This document shows, piece by piece, positions 35,454 to 45,491 of a stretch of DNA of 64,000 bases. The translations under genes were made by a program, and so were the position numbers. This DNA is from Acidobacteriota bacterium (GTDB taxonomy: Bacteria > Acidobacteriota > UBA890 > WLXD01), in NCBI GenBank assembly GCA_963666055.2, contig CAXWPH010000014.1:512001-576000 (forward strand), given 5' to 3'. Below the pieces are notes generated by a model, which worked only from the letters and a program-made list of their open reading frames with translations, was not told where the DNA came from and did not search any database. Positions within the stretch are counted from its first letter, which is position 1; each line of letters begins with the position of its first letter.

Positions 35454-35545
35454 TGGCGGAGGGGGTGGGATTCGAACCCACGGCACCAGTTACCCAGTGC
35501 AACGGCTTAGCAGGCCGCCCTATTCGTCCACTCTAGCACCCCTCC
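35454..35545 (-). tRNA. tRNA-Ser (anticodon GCT)
   Basis: GGAGGGGTGCTAGAGTGGACGAATAGGGCGGCCTGCTAAGCCGTT...GGTTCGAATCCCACCCCCTCCGCCA, with long variable arm. Confidence 0.95.
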
Positions 35546-35547
35546 TT

Positions 35548-35728
35548 TAGCCTGCAATTCTCGACAGGATGCTACTACGGGGGCGGGAAGGGGCGCGTTT
35601 ACAGCGTTGCGCTCTGTCGGGCTCCTCGACGTACTTAACGAGTACGCCTGCGGGGCCCTCGGTCGCGCGCCTCGTATCCGCGCCCCTTCCCGCCCCTCGT
35701 TACGCATCCCGTTGAGAAATGCAGGCTA
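35548..35728 (+). repeat. Palindromic repeat, family 1 (copy C) with ~50-bp arms, between two tRNA-Ser genes
   Basis: TAGCCTGCAATTCTCGACAGGATGC...GGGCGGGAAGGGGCGCG / CGCGCCCCTTCCCGCCC...GCATCCCGTTGAGAAATGCAGGCTA; core GCGTTGCGCT...CTCGACGTAC...GTACGCCTGCG...CGCGCGCCT. Confidence 0.85.
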
Positions 35729-35732
35729 GCTA

Positions 35733-35823
35733 GGCGGAGGGAGAAGGATTCGAACCTTCGGACCGCGAACGCGGTCAGCGGTTTTCAAGACCGCCGCCTT
35801 AAGCCAGACTCGGCCATCCCTCC
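35733..35823 (-). tRNA. tRNA-Ser (anticodon TGA)
   Basis: GGAGGGATGGCCGAGTCTGGCTTAAGGCGGCGGTCTTGAAAACCGCT...GGTTCGAATCCTTCTCCCTCCGCC; ends CC(T), so CCA is not fully encoded. Confidence 0.95.
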
Positions 35824-35833
35824 CGCGCCTGAG

Positions 35834-35839
35834 ATTGTA
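35834..35839 (-). promoter_or_regulatory. Possible -10 box for the tRNA-Ser pair
   Basis: TACAAT 10 nt upstream of the tRNA 5' end; no clear -35. Confidence 0.35.
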
Positions 35840-36043
35840 CCGCGGCGACTAGTGCTCCTGATCATAAGTATGTTGACGTTTGTCCTGAGTCAGGAGTTCG
35901 TTGCATTTCGTGGTGGCGTGAGCGAGGCGGGATCGAATGCGACGTGCTGGTACACTTCGATTTCCCTGCCGACGTCGGCGACTGAGAGCAGGCGATGGTA
36001 AGACCCCGACGGGTCTTACCCGGCCTGCCTCGAGGAGGCTTCC

Positions 36044-36598
36044 ATGGGCATCGCGGCTGTTGTGATTGTTGGTCTCGCGGCGATCCTCGGCGTCTGGCTG
36101 ATGATCACGTACAACGCGTTCGTGCGCCGTCGCGTCGCAGTTCGCAACGGATACAGCGGCATCGACGTACAGTTGAAGCGCCGTTACGATCTGATTCCCA
36201 ACCTTGTCGAGACCGTCAAGGGTTACGCCGGCCACGAGCGCGAAACTCTGGATGCCGTAGTCAAAGCCCGGCAGGCCGGCATCGACGCCAGCACTGCGGA
36301 GCAGCAGATGCAGGCCGAGAACATGATCACCGGCGCGCTGCGCAAACTGTTCGCCTTATCCGAGGCTTATCCGGACCTGAAGGCCAGCCAGAATTTCCTC
36401 GAATTGCAAGAGGCGATCAGCGAAACGGAAGATCAAATCGCCGCCGCGCGCCGCATTTACAACGCCAACGTTGCCGACTACAACCAGGGCATCGAGCAGT
36501 TTCCCGGCGTCCTGGTGGCCGGCTGGTTCAGCTTCGCCAAAGAGCCGTTCTTCGAGATGCAAGAGGCAGAGCGCGCCGTCCCGAGCGTCGAGCTTTAG
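36044..36598 (+). CDS. lemA: LemA family protein
   Basis: N-terminal TM; IDVQLKRRYDLIPNLVETVKGYA, EAYPDLKASQNF; GAGGAGG RBS. Confidence 0.96.
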   Translation: MGIAAVVIVGLAAILGVWLMITYNAFVRRRVAVRNGYSGIDVQLKRRYDLIPNLVETVKGYAGHERETLDAVVKARQAGIDASTAEQQMQAENMITGALRKLFALSEAYPDLKASQNFLELQEAISETEDQIAAARRIYNANVADYNQGIEQFPGVLVAGWFSFAKEPFFEMQEAERAVPSVEL

Positions 36599-36646
36599 CA
36601 AGTTCCGGTGCTCTCGATTCGTCCCCACCTTTGATCCGTCTGTGAC

Positions 36647-38182
36647 ATGAGCTCCCCCCGGACCGCGCCGCGCGAGTGCGATGTTGCCGTCATCGGCGGC
36701 GGGCCTGCCGGCGCCGCGGCGGCGCGCCTGCTGGCACACTGGACGCGTAGCGTCGTCGTGCTCACCCGTCCGGAGCCACGCCACACGTTGGCGGTGTCGC
36801 TGCCACCGAGCTGTCGAAAATTGTTCGAGACCATCGGGGTCCTGCGGCAGGTCGATGCCGCCGGATTCTTCCCGAGTACCGGCAACACCGTTTGGTGGGG
36901 CGGCGAGGCGCGTTCGGAGACGTTTGCCGACGGGCTGACCGGCTACCAAGTGGTGCACCGCGATTTCGACCGGCTGCTGCTCGAGGCCGCGGAAGAAGAA
37001 GGGGCCCGGGTACGCCGCAACGCGAAGGTGCGCGAGGTGAGTCGGCCGAGCGCCGACGGGCTGGCGTGCATCTCATTCGACGAGGAAGGAGAGTCGCGCC
37101 GTCTTCAGGCTCGGATGGTGCTGGATTGCTCCGGCAGGGCCGGGGTCATAGCGCGCCACGGCCTGCGCGTTTACGAAAAGAACTCAACGACCGTTGCGCT
37201 GGTTGGCGTGTGGCGCAAGGCCGGCGGCTGGGGCCTCGACGAGGAAAGCCACACGCTCGTGGAGAGCTACGAGGATGGCTGGGTGTGGTCGATTCCGGTG
37301 TCGCCGGACACCCGTTATTTCACGCCGATGGTGGATCCTCGGGTAACCGGGCTGAGGCGCGACGAATCGGCGTCCGGCCCGCAAATCGAGTCCGTCTATC
37401 GCGCCGAGCTGAGCAAGGCGCCGCACCTCAATGCGCTGCTCGAAGGCGCCGAGGCCGTCGACCAGCCGTTCGGGTGTGACGCCTCGCTGTATTCGGCGGA
37501 ACACTTTACCGGCCCCGGCTTCTTGCTGGTCGGCGACGCCGCCTCGTGCCTTGATCCGCTGTCGTCGTACGGCGTCAAGAAGGCGTTGGCATCGGGCTGG
37601 ATGGCGGCGATTGTTGCCAACACGTGCGTTTCCAATGCCGCGCTGGAGGCACCGGCCCTCGAGCTGTATGAAAGCCGTGAGCGCGCCGTGTGGGAGGCCT
37701 GCAGGCAGCAGTCGGTAGGTTTCTTCGAATCTGCGGCGGCCGATCACGGCCACCCGTTCTGGACCGGTCGCGCCGACGCGGCGGATGCCGCGACGCAGGA
37801 TCCCGCAGACGATGCCGATCTCGACATCGATGTGTTGCGCCGCGATCCCGCGGTTCTCGCGGCCTTCGAGAGACTCAAGAGCACTGCCGCCATTTGCCTG
37901 ATCCACGGGGAGCGGCTCGAACGCGTGCAACGGCCGGCGATTCGCGCCAATCAGGTGGTGTTGCAGACGCAGTTGCAAACCCCGAGCTTGCCGGCGGTGC
38001 GCTTCCTGCGCGGCGTGGACCTCGCCGAGCTGGTCGACCTTGCCGGCGGCCACGACCAGGTGCCTGATCTGTTCGAGGCCTACAATCGCCGCTGCCCGCA
38101 GGTGATCCTGCCCGATTTTCTGGGTGCTCTGTCGGTGTTGCTGGCCCGCGAGGCGCTCGTGAACACGATTTCGCGGGACTGA
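36647..38182 (+). CDS. qhpG: FAD-dependent monooxygenase (halogenase-like), QhpG-type
   Basis: GGGPAG, GWVWSIP, VGDAASCLDPLSSYG; lies directly upstream of qhpA. Confidence 0.78.
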   Translation: MSSPRTAPRECDVAVIGGGPAGAAAARLLAHWTRSVVVLTRPEPRHTLAVSLPPSCRKLFETIGVLRQVDAAGFFPSTGNTVWWGGEARSETFADGLTGYQVVHRDFDRLLLEAAEEEGARVRRNAKVREVSRPSADGLACISFDEEGESRRLQARMVLDCSGRAGVIARHGLRVYEKNSTTVALVGVWRKAGGWGLDEESHTLVESYEDGWVWSIPVSPDTRYFTPMVDPRVTGLRRDESASGPQIESVYRAELSKAPHLNALLEGAEAVDQPFGCDASLYSAEHFTGPGFLLVGDAASCLDPLSSYGVKKALASGWMAAIVANTCVSNAALEAPALELYESRERAVWEACRQQSVGFFESAAADHGHPFWTGRADAADAATQDPADDADLDIDVLRRDPAVLAAFERLKSTAAICLIHGERLERVQRPAIRANQVVLQTQLQTPSLPAVRFLRGVDLAELVDLAGGHDQVPDLFEAYNRRCPQVILPDFLGALSVLLAREALVNTISRD

Positions 38183-38235
38183 GCCCTGCCGGGGGTCGTT
38201 GTTTCCCGCACCCGAGCGTGCTAAAAGCCGTGTTC

Positions 38236-40020
38236 ATGAAGGTCCGTGTTTTCGTCGCCGTCGTCGGTATCGCTGTATCGTGCCTGGTTGCCGCCGGAAT
38301 CGCCGCCGCCCTCGAGTCGCCCGCCTCGGTGCAGACCGCGGCTCAGCAAGCGACGGAAGCAGACGAAGCGGACACCCAGTTCGACTTCGAAGACGGCTTC
38401 CCGGTCGACAACGCCACCCTCGTTACCCGGTGCGTGCGCTGTCACGCCATGAACGACGACGGCTACATGACGCGGATTTCGTACCTACGCAAGACGCCCG
38501 AGGGTTGGCAGCAGTCGGTGCGTCGCATGGTGCTGCTGCAAGACGTCGAGCTCGATCCGGCCGCCGCCCGTGAGATCGTCAAATACCTGGCAAACAACCT
38601 GGGGCTGGCGCCCGAGGAAGCGGCGCCGGGTGATTTCGAGGTCCAACGCCGGCTCATCGATTATCGCTACACCGCCGACGCGGACACCGAGGATACCTGC
38701 ATTCGGTGCCACTCGATGGGCCGGGTGATCACGCAACGGCGCAGCAAGCAGGAGTGGGACCTGCTGATGGCGACGCATCGTTACTATTACCCGCTCATCG
38801 ATTTTCAGGCGTTCATTCGCTCTGGCCCAGGGAGTACCGAGCCGGGCCCCGACGGCAGCCCGCCCGACAATCGCCATCCGATGGACAAGGCCGTGTCGCA
38901 CCTGTCGCAAGCTTTCCCCTTGGACACCGCCGCGTGGGCGTCGTGGTCGGCAAACATGCGCCAACCACGCCTCGCCGGCACTTGGGCCATGAGCGGCTAC
39001 GAACCGGGCAAGGGGCCGATTTACGGACACGTCACGATTACCGCCGATCCCCCCGCCGAAGACGAGTTCACCACCGAGGCCGTATACACCTATGCCCGCA
39101 GCGGCCAGCAGGTGCGGCGGCAAGGGCGGTCGATTGTGTACACCGGCTTCCAGTGGCGCGGGCGCTCCTATGAAGACGGCGACGAGACCGGGTTGCGTGA
39201 GGTCATGTCGGCCGACCGCGATCGGCGATCGATAACGGGACGCTGGTACACTGGCGGATACGATGAAATCGGCCTCGACGTTACGTTGCAGCGCGTCACC
39301 GCGGATCCTCTTGTCTCCGGCGTGTTTCCGTCGATCATCCGCCGCGGCGAATCGCCGCTGGAGATCACCATTTACGGTGCCACCCTGCCGGTTTCGATTG
39401 CCGCCGGTGACCTGGATTTCGGCGGCGGCATCGTGGTGACCGAAGTGGTCAGCGCCGGCGCCGACGCCATTACGGTGCAGGTGAGCGCCACCGCCGATGC
39501 CGACGTCGGCGGCCGCGACCTCTTCGTTGCCGGCACCTCGCATCGCGATGCGCTGACCGTGTACGATACGGTTGACGCCATCGAGGTGATGCCGCGCGCC
39601 GGCATGGCACGCGTCGGTGGCATTGTGTTCCCCAAGGGCTTCCAACAGTTCGAGGCGACCGCCCGCAGCAACGGCGCCGACGGCGAGGCCGGTACCGACG
39701 ATGATCTGGAGCTCGGCACCGCCAACGTCGTTTGGAGTCTCGAGGAATACGCTGCGGTGCTCGACGACGACGACTTGGCTTTCGTGGGCGGCATCGATGA
39801 CGGCGGGTTGTTTACCCCCGCCGAAGACGGGCCGAATCCAAACCGCAGCGGCGATCGTAACAACATCGGCGACGTCTGGGTGGTGGGAACGTTCATTCCG
39901 GACGACGCGATGCGCGCGGCCGGCGCGAAGGAACTGCGCGCCCGGGCGCATCTGTTGGTTACTGTGCCGCTTTACATGCGCTGGGAGCCGTGGGCGACCG
40001 GCGGGGTGGAGGGTAGATGA
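38236..40020 (+). CDS. qhpA: Quinohemoprotein amine dehydrogenase alpha subunit (diheme)
   Basis: CVRCH and CIRCH, RISYLRKTPEGW, GPNPNR...NNIG; signal peptide. Confidence 0.93.
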   Translation: MKVRVFVAVVGIAVSCLVAAGIAAALESPASVQTAAQQATEADEADTQFDFEDGFPVDNATLVTRCVRCHAMNDDGYMTRISYLRKTPEGWQQSVRRMVLLQDVELDPAAAREIVKYLANNLGLAPEEAAPGDFEVQRRLIDYRYTADADTEDTCIRCHSMGRVITQRRSKQEWDLLMATHRYYYPLIDFQAFIRSGPGSTEPGPDGSPPDNRHPMDKAVSHLSQAFPLDTAAWASWSANMRQPRLAGTWAMSGYEPGKGPIYGHVTITADPPAEDEFTTEAVYTYARSGQQVRRQGRSIVYTGFQWRGRSYEDGDETGLREVMSADRDRRSITGRWYTGGYDEIGLDVTLQRVTADPLVSGVFPSIIRRGESPLEITIYGATLPVSIAAGDLDFGGGIVVTEVVSAGADAITVQVSATADADVGGRDLFVAGTSHRDALTVYDTVDAIEVMPRAGMARVGGIVFPKGFQQFEATARSNGADGEAGTDDDLELGTANVVWSLEEYAAVLDDDDLAFVGGIDDGGLFTPAEDGPNPNRSGDRNNIGDVWVVGTFIPDDAMRAAGAKELRARAHLLVTVPLYMRWEPWATGGVEGR

Positions 40021-41412
40021 GCACGCTGGCGTTGCGCGAGTTCCACAAGTTCGAGGCGGCCGGGCGAAGTTTCGTGTACCTGGTGCCCAGCGCCGCGGTG
40101 TTCGCGCTCGACGACACGGCTGATGCCGTGATCGGCGAGTTGGCCGGCGGGGCCATGACGCCCTCCGAGATCGTCGAGTCGCTGGCCAATCGGTTCGCGA
40201 CCGAGGAAGTCGGCGCAACCATCGGCGAGCTGCTGCAGCTGCGCGCCATCGGTGACCGAGACGTCCTGCAGGAACCGATCCCGAAGGCCGTACCGCCGGA
40301 AGACTTTCCACTCTCGACGATGGTCTTGAATGTCACCAACAAGTGCAACTTGAGTTGTACGTACTGCTACGAGTACGGCGAGGACAAGATCGTCGACACC
40401 GAAAACGGCGCCCAACCCAAGTTCATGAGCAGCGAGACGGCGCGCGAAAGCGTCGAGTTCATGCTGAGCCAATCGACCTCCAACGAGGTCGTGCACTTGA
40501 CGTTTTTCGGCGGCGAGACGCTGCTCAACTTCCCGATTCTTCAGGAGACGGTCGAGTACGCGCGGCGGCGCGGCGACGAGGTCGGCAAGCGCGTCGAGTT
40601 CAGCCTCACGACCAACGCCACGCTGCTGCGTCCGGAGATCATCGAAGTGGTTGGCCGACAACGACATCGGCGTGACCGTGTCGATCGACGGTCCCAAGGA
40701 GATGCAGGACGAGTTCCGTGTCTACAAGAGCGGCTCGGGCAGCTACGACGTTCTCATACCCAAGGTTCGCGAGCTGCTCAAACGCCACACGAGTCGACCT
40801 ATCGGCGCCCGGGTCACGCTCACCAAGCAGACCCTCGATGTGAAGCGAATCTTCACGCATCTCACCGAGGAGATCGGCTTCTGGGAGGTCGGGTTCGCGC
40901 CGGTGACCACGGCGAACGGGCGCGACTACGCTATCGAGGACGACGGCTTCGACGACATGTTGGATCAGTTTCGCGCTCTGGCGTGGGACTTTCTCGAAGC
41001 GTCCGTGGAGAATCGCCACCACGGCTTTTCGAACGTCAAAGACACGCTCGAGGAGATCCACAAGGGGTTCAGCAAGGCGTACCCGTGTGGCGCCGGGCTG
41101 GGGCTCATGGGCGTCTCGACGGCCGGCGACGTGGCGCTCTGTCACCGCTTCGCCGGCTCGGAAGAGCATACCCTCGGATCGGTTACCGAGGGCATCGACC
41201 GTGACCTCCAGAGGGACTTCTTCGACAAGCACCACATCTCGAACAAGACGGATTGTCATACCTGTTGGGCCCGGCCGCTGTGTGCGGGCGGCTGCTACCA
41301 TGAGGCCCACACGCGCTACGGCACCACCACGGGTCCCAACTTGCATTATTGCGAGTGGATCCGCGGTTGGACCGACACCTGCTTGCAAATTTACGGTGAG
41401 CTCGCGACCCGG
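40017..41412 (+). CDS. qhpD: QHNDH maturation radical SAM/SPASM enzyme (+1 frameshift near 40647; 3' end apparently deleted)
   Basis: CNLSCTYC, FFGGETLLNF, YPCGAG, CHTCWARPLCAGGCYHE. Confidence 0.9.
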
Positions 41413-41581
41413 CGGAACTGCGGGGCTCTGTCAGCCGGTCGAGCGCGATCTGTTCGATTGTCACCTCGGGTGTTTCTGGCCGGCGCAAGTGCCCGACCAA
41501 CTCAACCATGCCGAGGATTGGACCGACAAGTGTGCGGCGGCGCAGAAGGACTGGCGCAAGTTGGACCTGATCTTCCCGTAG
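41411..41581 (+). pseudogene. qhpC: QHNDH gamma subunit (CTQ precursor), N-terminal part missing
   Basis: GGTAGLCQPVERDLFDCHLGCFWPAQVPDQLN...DWRKLDLIFP matches the QhpC C-terminal two thirds; no start or leader. Confidence 0.88.
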
Positions 41582-41589
41582 GCGACTCC

Positions 41590-42774
41590 GTGACCCGGCA
41601 CAGCACATGTCATCCTGACGCATCGTTGCACCCGGGCTGGCGACGCGACGCGCCGACCGGTAGGCGCTGCGGCCGCAATGCGGCCGTCCTGATGGTGGCG
41701 ATTGTCGCCTTGATGATCGCTCCGTTGGTTCCCGCCGCCCCAGCAGCCGAACAGCAGAGCGGTGGCAACGCGACGATCTTCGTGGCGGCGTACGACAACT
41801 CGGTGCACGTCATCGACGAGGCGACGCTGCAGGTTGTCGACAAGATCGCGACGACCACGGGCATCCCGAGGAATTTGTTGCTGTCACACGACCGCAAGCG
41901 CCTTTATGTGCTGGAGGTCCAGGCCGAGATCATCGAAGTGCTCGACATCGAGACCCGGCGGTCAATCGACTCGTTCACGCTGAGCGAGGGCGACCTGAGG
42001 GTGCGGATCAACGGGCTCGTGGTACATCCCGACCAGACCTATGCGTTGATGACCGTGCAGGAGTACGTCAACCGCACAGATCGCTTCGAGGTCAGCGAGT
42101 CGAAGTTGCTGCAATACGATCTGCAAAACCACGCGGTCATGCGCGAGATTCCGTGGCCCGATGAACGCCCGCGCCGTGGCGCTGCGATGATCTTCTCTCC
42201 CGACGGCAGCCACGTGTACTTCTTCTCCCGCGACATCTTGGTCCTCGAGACCGAAGACTTCACCGAGGTCGACAAGTGGGAGATCTCGCAGCCGCTGGAG
42301 CCCGGCCTCGGGCGGTTCACGCCGCCGCTCAACGCCAGCTTGTACGAAGAAGAGGGTTTCTTCACCGGGTTGTTTCGTATGACCGACCCGGTACAAGGGC
42401 GACGCATGATGGGAATCGCCCGCGTGAACCTGGCGGCGCGCGACGTCGATTTCTATATGCTCGGGCCGAACGAGCCCGTAGGGTTTTCCATCGCCCCGGA
42501 CCGTACGAAGGCCTATGGTCTTTATTCCTCGGGCATCGGCAAGCACGAGTTCTGGACCTTCGATCTCGTGAACCGCGGCGTCGCGAGCAAGCAACCTTTC
42601 GACGGCCGGCCGCGCATGTCTCTGGCAGTCAGCTCCAACGGCGAGCAGCTCTACATTTACAACGCCGGCAACACGATCGACGCCTACGACGCTTCGACGT
42701 ATCGGTTTATCCGGCGGTTGGAGCTCGACGCCGACACGACGTCGAACCTGCTGGTCCTGCCGCCGCAAGACTGA
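41590..42774 (+). CDS. qhpB: Secreted beta-propeller, probable QHNDH beta subunit
   Basis: Signal peptide, YVTN-like repeats (VHVIDEATLQVVDKI, SSNGEQLYIYNAGNTID), position after qhpC. Start is 41590 or 41692. Confidence 0.78.
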   Translation: MTRHSTCHPDASLHPGWRRDAPTGRRCGRNAAVLMVAIVALMIAPLVPAAPAAEQQSGGNATIFVAAYDNSVHVIDEATLQVVDKIATTTGIPRNLLLSHDRKRLYVLEVQAEIIEVLDIETRRSIDSFTLSEGDLRVRINGLVVHPDQTYALMTVQEYVNRTDRFEVSESKLLQYDLQNHAVMREIPWPDERPRRGAAMIFSPDGSHVYFFSRDILVLETEDFTEVDKWEISQPLEPGLGRFTPPLNASLYEEEGFFTGLFRMTDPVQGRRMMGIARVNLAARDVDFYMLGPNEPVGFSIAPDRTKAYGLYSSGIGKHEFWTFDLVNRGVASKQPFDGRPRMSLAVSSNGEQLYIYNAGNTIDAYDASTYRFIRRLELDADTTSNLLVLPPQD

Positions 42775-42786
42775 CCCGGCCCGTCG

Positions 42787-44511
42787 ATGGCCGTCGACCG
42801 CGAGCTCCGCTGGGCTGGACGCTTCATTGTTCCGTATTGGCGGCGGCTGACTCTCGTTCTGGCCATCAGCCTGGCGAGCACCGGCCTGTCGCTGTACGTG
42901 CCGTACCTGTCGAAGTCGCTCGTCGACGACGCCATGCTGGGCCGCGACATGGCGGTGTTGGTGCGTATCGTGGCGCTGTTCGCCGGCATCACGTTGCTGA
43001 GCTTCGTGCTCAACGTCGTCAGCGGCCTGCGTTACACGAGGGTGTCGGCGGAGATCCTGTTCGACATGCGCCTGGCTTTGTACCGGCACCTGCAGGCGCT
43101 CTCCCCGCGCTTCTACGCGCGCACCAAGCTCGGCGACATCGTGTCACGCATCAACAACGACATCGGCGAGATCCAGCGGGTCGCCGCCGAGATGGCCCTG
43201 GCATGAGTCGGCAACGTGCTGTTTCTCATCGGCACGGTGGCCATCCTGCTGATGCTCGACTGGCGGTTGTTTCTCGTAGGCGTGGCAGTGATGCCGCTGA
43301 GCTTGTGGGCTCTGGTGCACTATCGAAGACGGCTCGAAGGGCGGATCCAGCTTCTACGCGAGTGCAGCGCCGACATCGGCAACTTCCTGATCGAAACAAT
43401 CCAGGGTGTGAAGCTCATTGTCACGAGCAACGCCCAGGAGCGGGAGGTCGATCGTTTCCGCGCCAAGAACGACGCCTTCATCGACGCCCTCATGCGGATG
43501 CGATGGCTCGGCTACATGTCGGGAGGATTGCCGGGTCTCCTCATCTCGGCGGGGACCGCAGTGGTGTTTCTGTACGGCGGCAGCCAGGTGATCAACGGCG
43601 CGATAACGCTGGGCACGCTCGTCACCTTCATGGCATATCAGATGCGCTTGCCGGCCCCCGTGCAAGGGCTGATGGGGCTGTACACCAACCTGGCCACGGC
43701 GCGCGTGTCGCTGCGTCGCGTCCACGAGATCCTCGACGCGGAGGTGGAGATTGTCGAAGCGCCCGACGCGGTGGCGCTCACCGAGGTGGCGGGGAGCATA
43801 CGCTTCGACGACGTCAGCTTCGCGTTCGACCGCGGCCCCGTGCTCGACGATGTTTCGTTCCACGTGCCGGCCGGATCTACCTTGGCCGTCGTCGGGCCGA
43901 GCGGCGCCGGCAAGTCGACGATCGTCGACCTGCTGTTGCGTCACCTCGATCCGGATGCCGGCGCCATCTCTCTGGACGGGCACGACCTGCGGGGCCTGTC
44001 GCTTGCCGACCTGCGGCGTCACGTCGTCGTGGTCGAGCAGGAGCCGTTCGTTTTCCACGCCACGATTGCCGAGAACGTGCGCTATGGACGTCCCGAGGCA
44101 TCCGACGACGAGGTTGCTGCCGCGGCCCGCTCGGCCGGCCTCGACTCCTTTATCGAGCAGCTTCCCGAAGGCTTCGACACCGAAGTCGGGGAGAGGGGAA
44201 TGGCCGTGTCGGCCGGCGAACGCCAGCGCATCGCGGTGGCGCGGGCGTTTCTCGCCGACCCGGCGGTGCTTCTCCTCGATGAAGCCACGGCCTCCCTCGA
44301 TCCCGTATCCGAGCAGCAGGTGATCGCCGGATACGAGGCCATCATGCAGGGTCGAACGACGATCCTGATTTCGCACCGACTGGACATGGCGCGCCAGGCG
44401 GATCGGGTGATCGTTCTCGACGACGCACGGATCGTCGAGCAAGGAGCGCCGAGCCAGCTGTGGGACGCGGGCGGGGCGTTTCCGCGCCTGTTTGTCGGCG
44501 CCGCGCAATGA
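42787..44511 (+). CDS. qhpF: ABC exporter (TMD+NBD), QhpF-type, with in-frame TGA at 43204-43206
   Basis: ORFs 42787..43206 and 43216..44511 are in the same frame; GPSGAGKS, VSAGERQR, LLLDEAT. Confidence 0.85.
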
Positions 44512-45314
44512 GCGCTTCGGCACCGGAGCTTCGAGGTCACGGCGATCGAAGCGATGAGCATACCGCCGCCGGCGATCGACTCGTCGGACTCGACCATCCC
44601 GAGCTTGCTGCGGCCACCGGTCGGGGCGTGCGGGTGGCGGTGATCGACAGCGGCGTGCACGCCGATCATGACCATATCCATGGCATCGTCGGTGGTGTCG
44701 GCATTGGGGTCGATCGGACACCGCACGGTGACTACGTGGACCGGCTCGGACACGGAACCGCGGTAAGCGCCGCCATCCTCGAGAAGGCTCCGGACGTCGA
44801 GCTGTTGGGGGTGAGGGTTTTCGATCGCTCGCTGTCGGCCCCCGCGCCGGTTCTGGTCGAGGCGATCGATTGGGCGGCGCAACGCGCCGTCCAGCTGATC
44901 AACTTGAGCCTCGGCACCGAGAAGCCCGAGCACGAGGAGATCCTGCGCGATGCCGTGAGGCGTGCGGGGGAGCGTGGTGCGGTGGTCGTGTCGGCCGCCG
45001 AATCCCATGGCCACGTCTGGTTGCCCGGAAGCCTCCCCGAAACCATCGGCGTGCGGCTCGACTGGGAGTGTCCGCGTGATGCGCTGCGCCTCGACGCGGG
45101 CTCAGCGGATATCTTCGCCTCTGGTTACCCACGACCGATCGATGGCGTGCCGCCCGAGCGCAACCTCAAGGGAATCAGCTTCGCGGTGGCCAATGTAACC
45201 GGCATTCTGGCGCGTTTGCTCGGTGCCCGACCAGGCGTCGACTCCGCAGCCGTAGACTCCGCGGTCCCGCCGGCCGGCCTTGTCGAGCGTCTTGCCGAGC
45301 TTGCGAGTACTTGA
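44508..45314 (+). CDS. qhpE: S8 subtilisin-like protease, QhpE-type
   Basis: VAVIDSG, GHGT and GISFA catalytic motifs; last gene of the qhp cluster. Confidence 0.85.
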   Translation: MSASAPELRGHGDRSDEHTAAGDRLVGLDHPELAAATGRGVRVAVIDSGVHADHDHIHGIVGGVGIGVDRTPHGDYVDRLGHGTAVSAAILEKAPDVELLGVRVFDRSLSAPAPVLVEAIDWAAQRAVQLINLSLGTEKPEHEEILRDAVRRAGERGAVVVSAAESHGHVWLPGSLPETIGVRLDWECPRDALRLDAGSADIFASGYPRPIDGVPPERNLKGISFAVANVTGILARLLGARPGVDSAAVDSAVPPAGLVERLAELAST

Positions 45315-45491
45315 GCCGCGATCGGTTCGTCGAAGGTGTAGGCGTCGCTCTCGCTCGCGACGTCACACGTCGAGGGGTACGGATCAGCTTATTAAACAAC
45401 TACAATCGTAGTAACTTTCCGGTGGCGGTCTCCCGAGACGGGCACCGATGCGGCATCAGCCGCGGACCGGGAGGAAGCGGGCGACCGGCGG

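Noticed and set aside
20915-35728. CRISPR array or integron attC sites
   Set aside because: The repeats are dispersed rather than regularly spaced; no cas or integron integrase gene, and no consistent RYYYAAC/GTTRRRY ends.
35733-35823. Possible tRNA-Sec (selC), given the selenoproteins and a TGA anticodon
   Set aside because: Anticodon TGA reads UCA (Ser); tRNA-Sec needs TCA and an 8-bp acceptor stem, and this one has 7 bp.
35857-35884. dif-like site (CATAA-6 bp-TGACGTT)
   Set aside because: The XerD arm matches only about half of TTATGTTAAAT; too weak.
40651-42774. 707-aa radical SAM/beta-propeller fusion as a novel enzyme
   Set aside because: Explained by the deletion at ~41410; the linker is off-frame qhpC and an internal signal peptide marks qhpB.
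45385-45420. AT-rich patch with a small ACTAC/GTAGT hairpin between convergent genes
   Set aside because: Too short to distinguish from chance; no recognisable motif.
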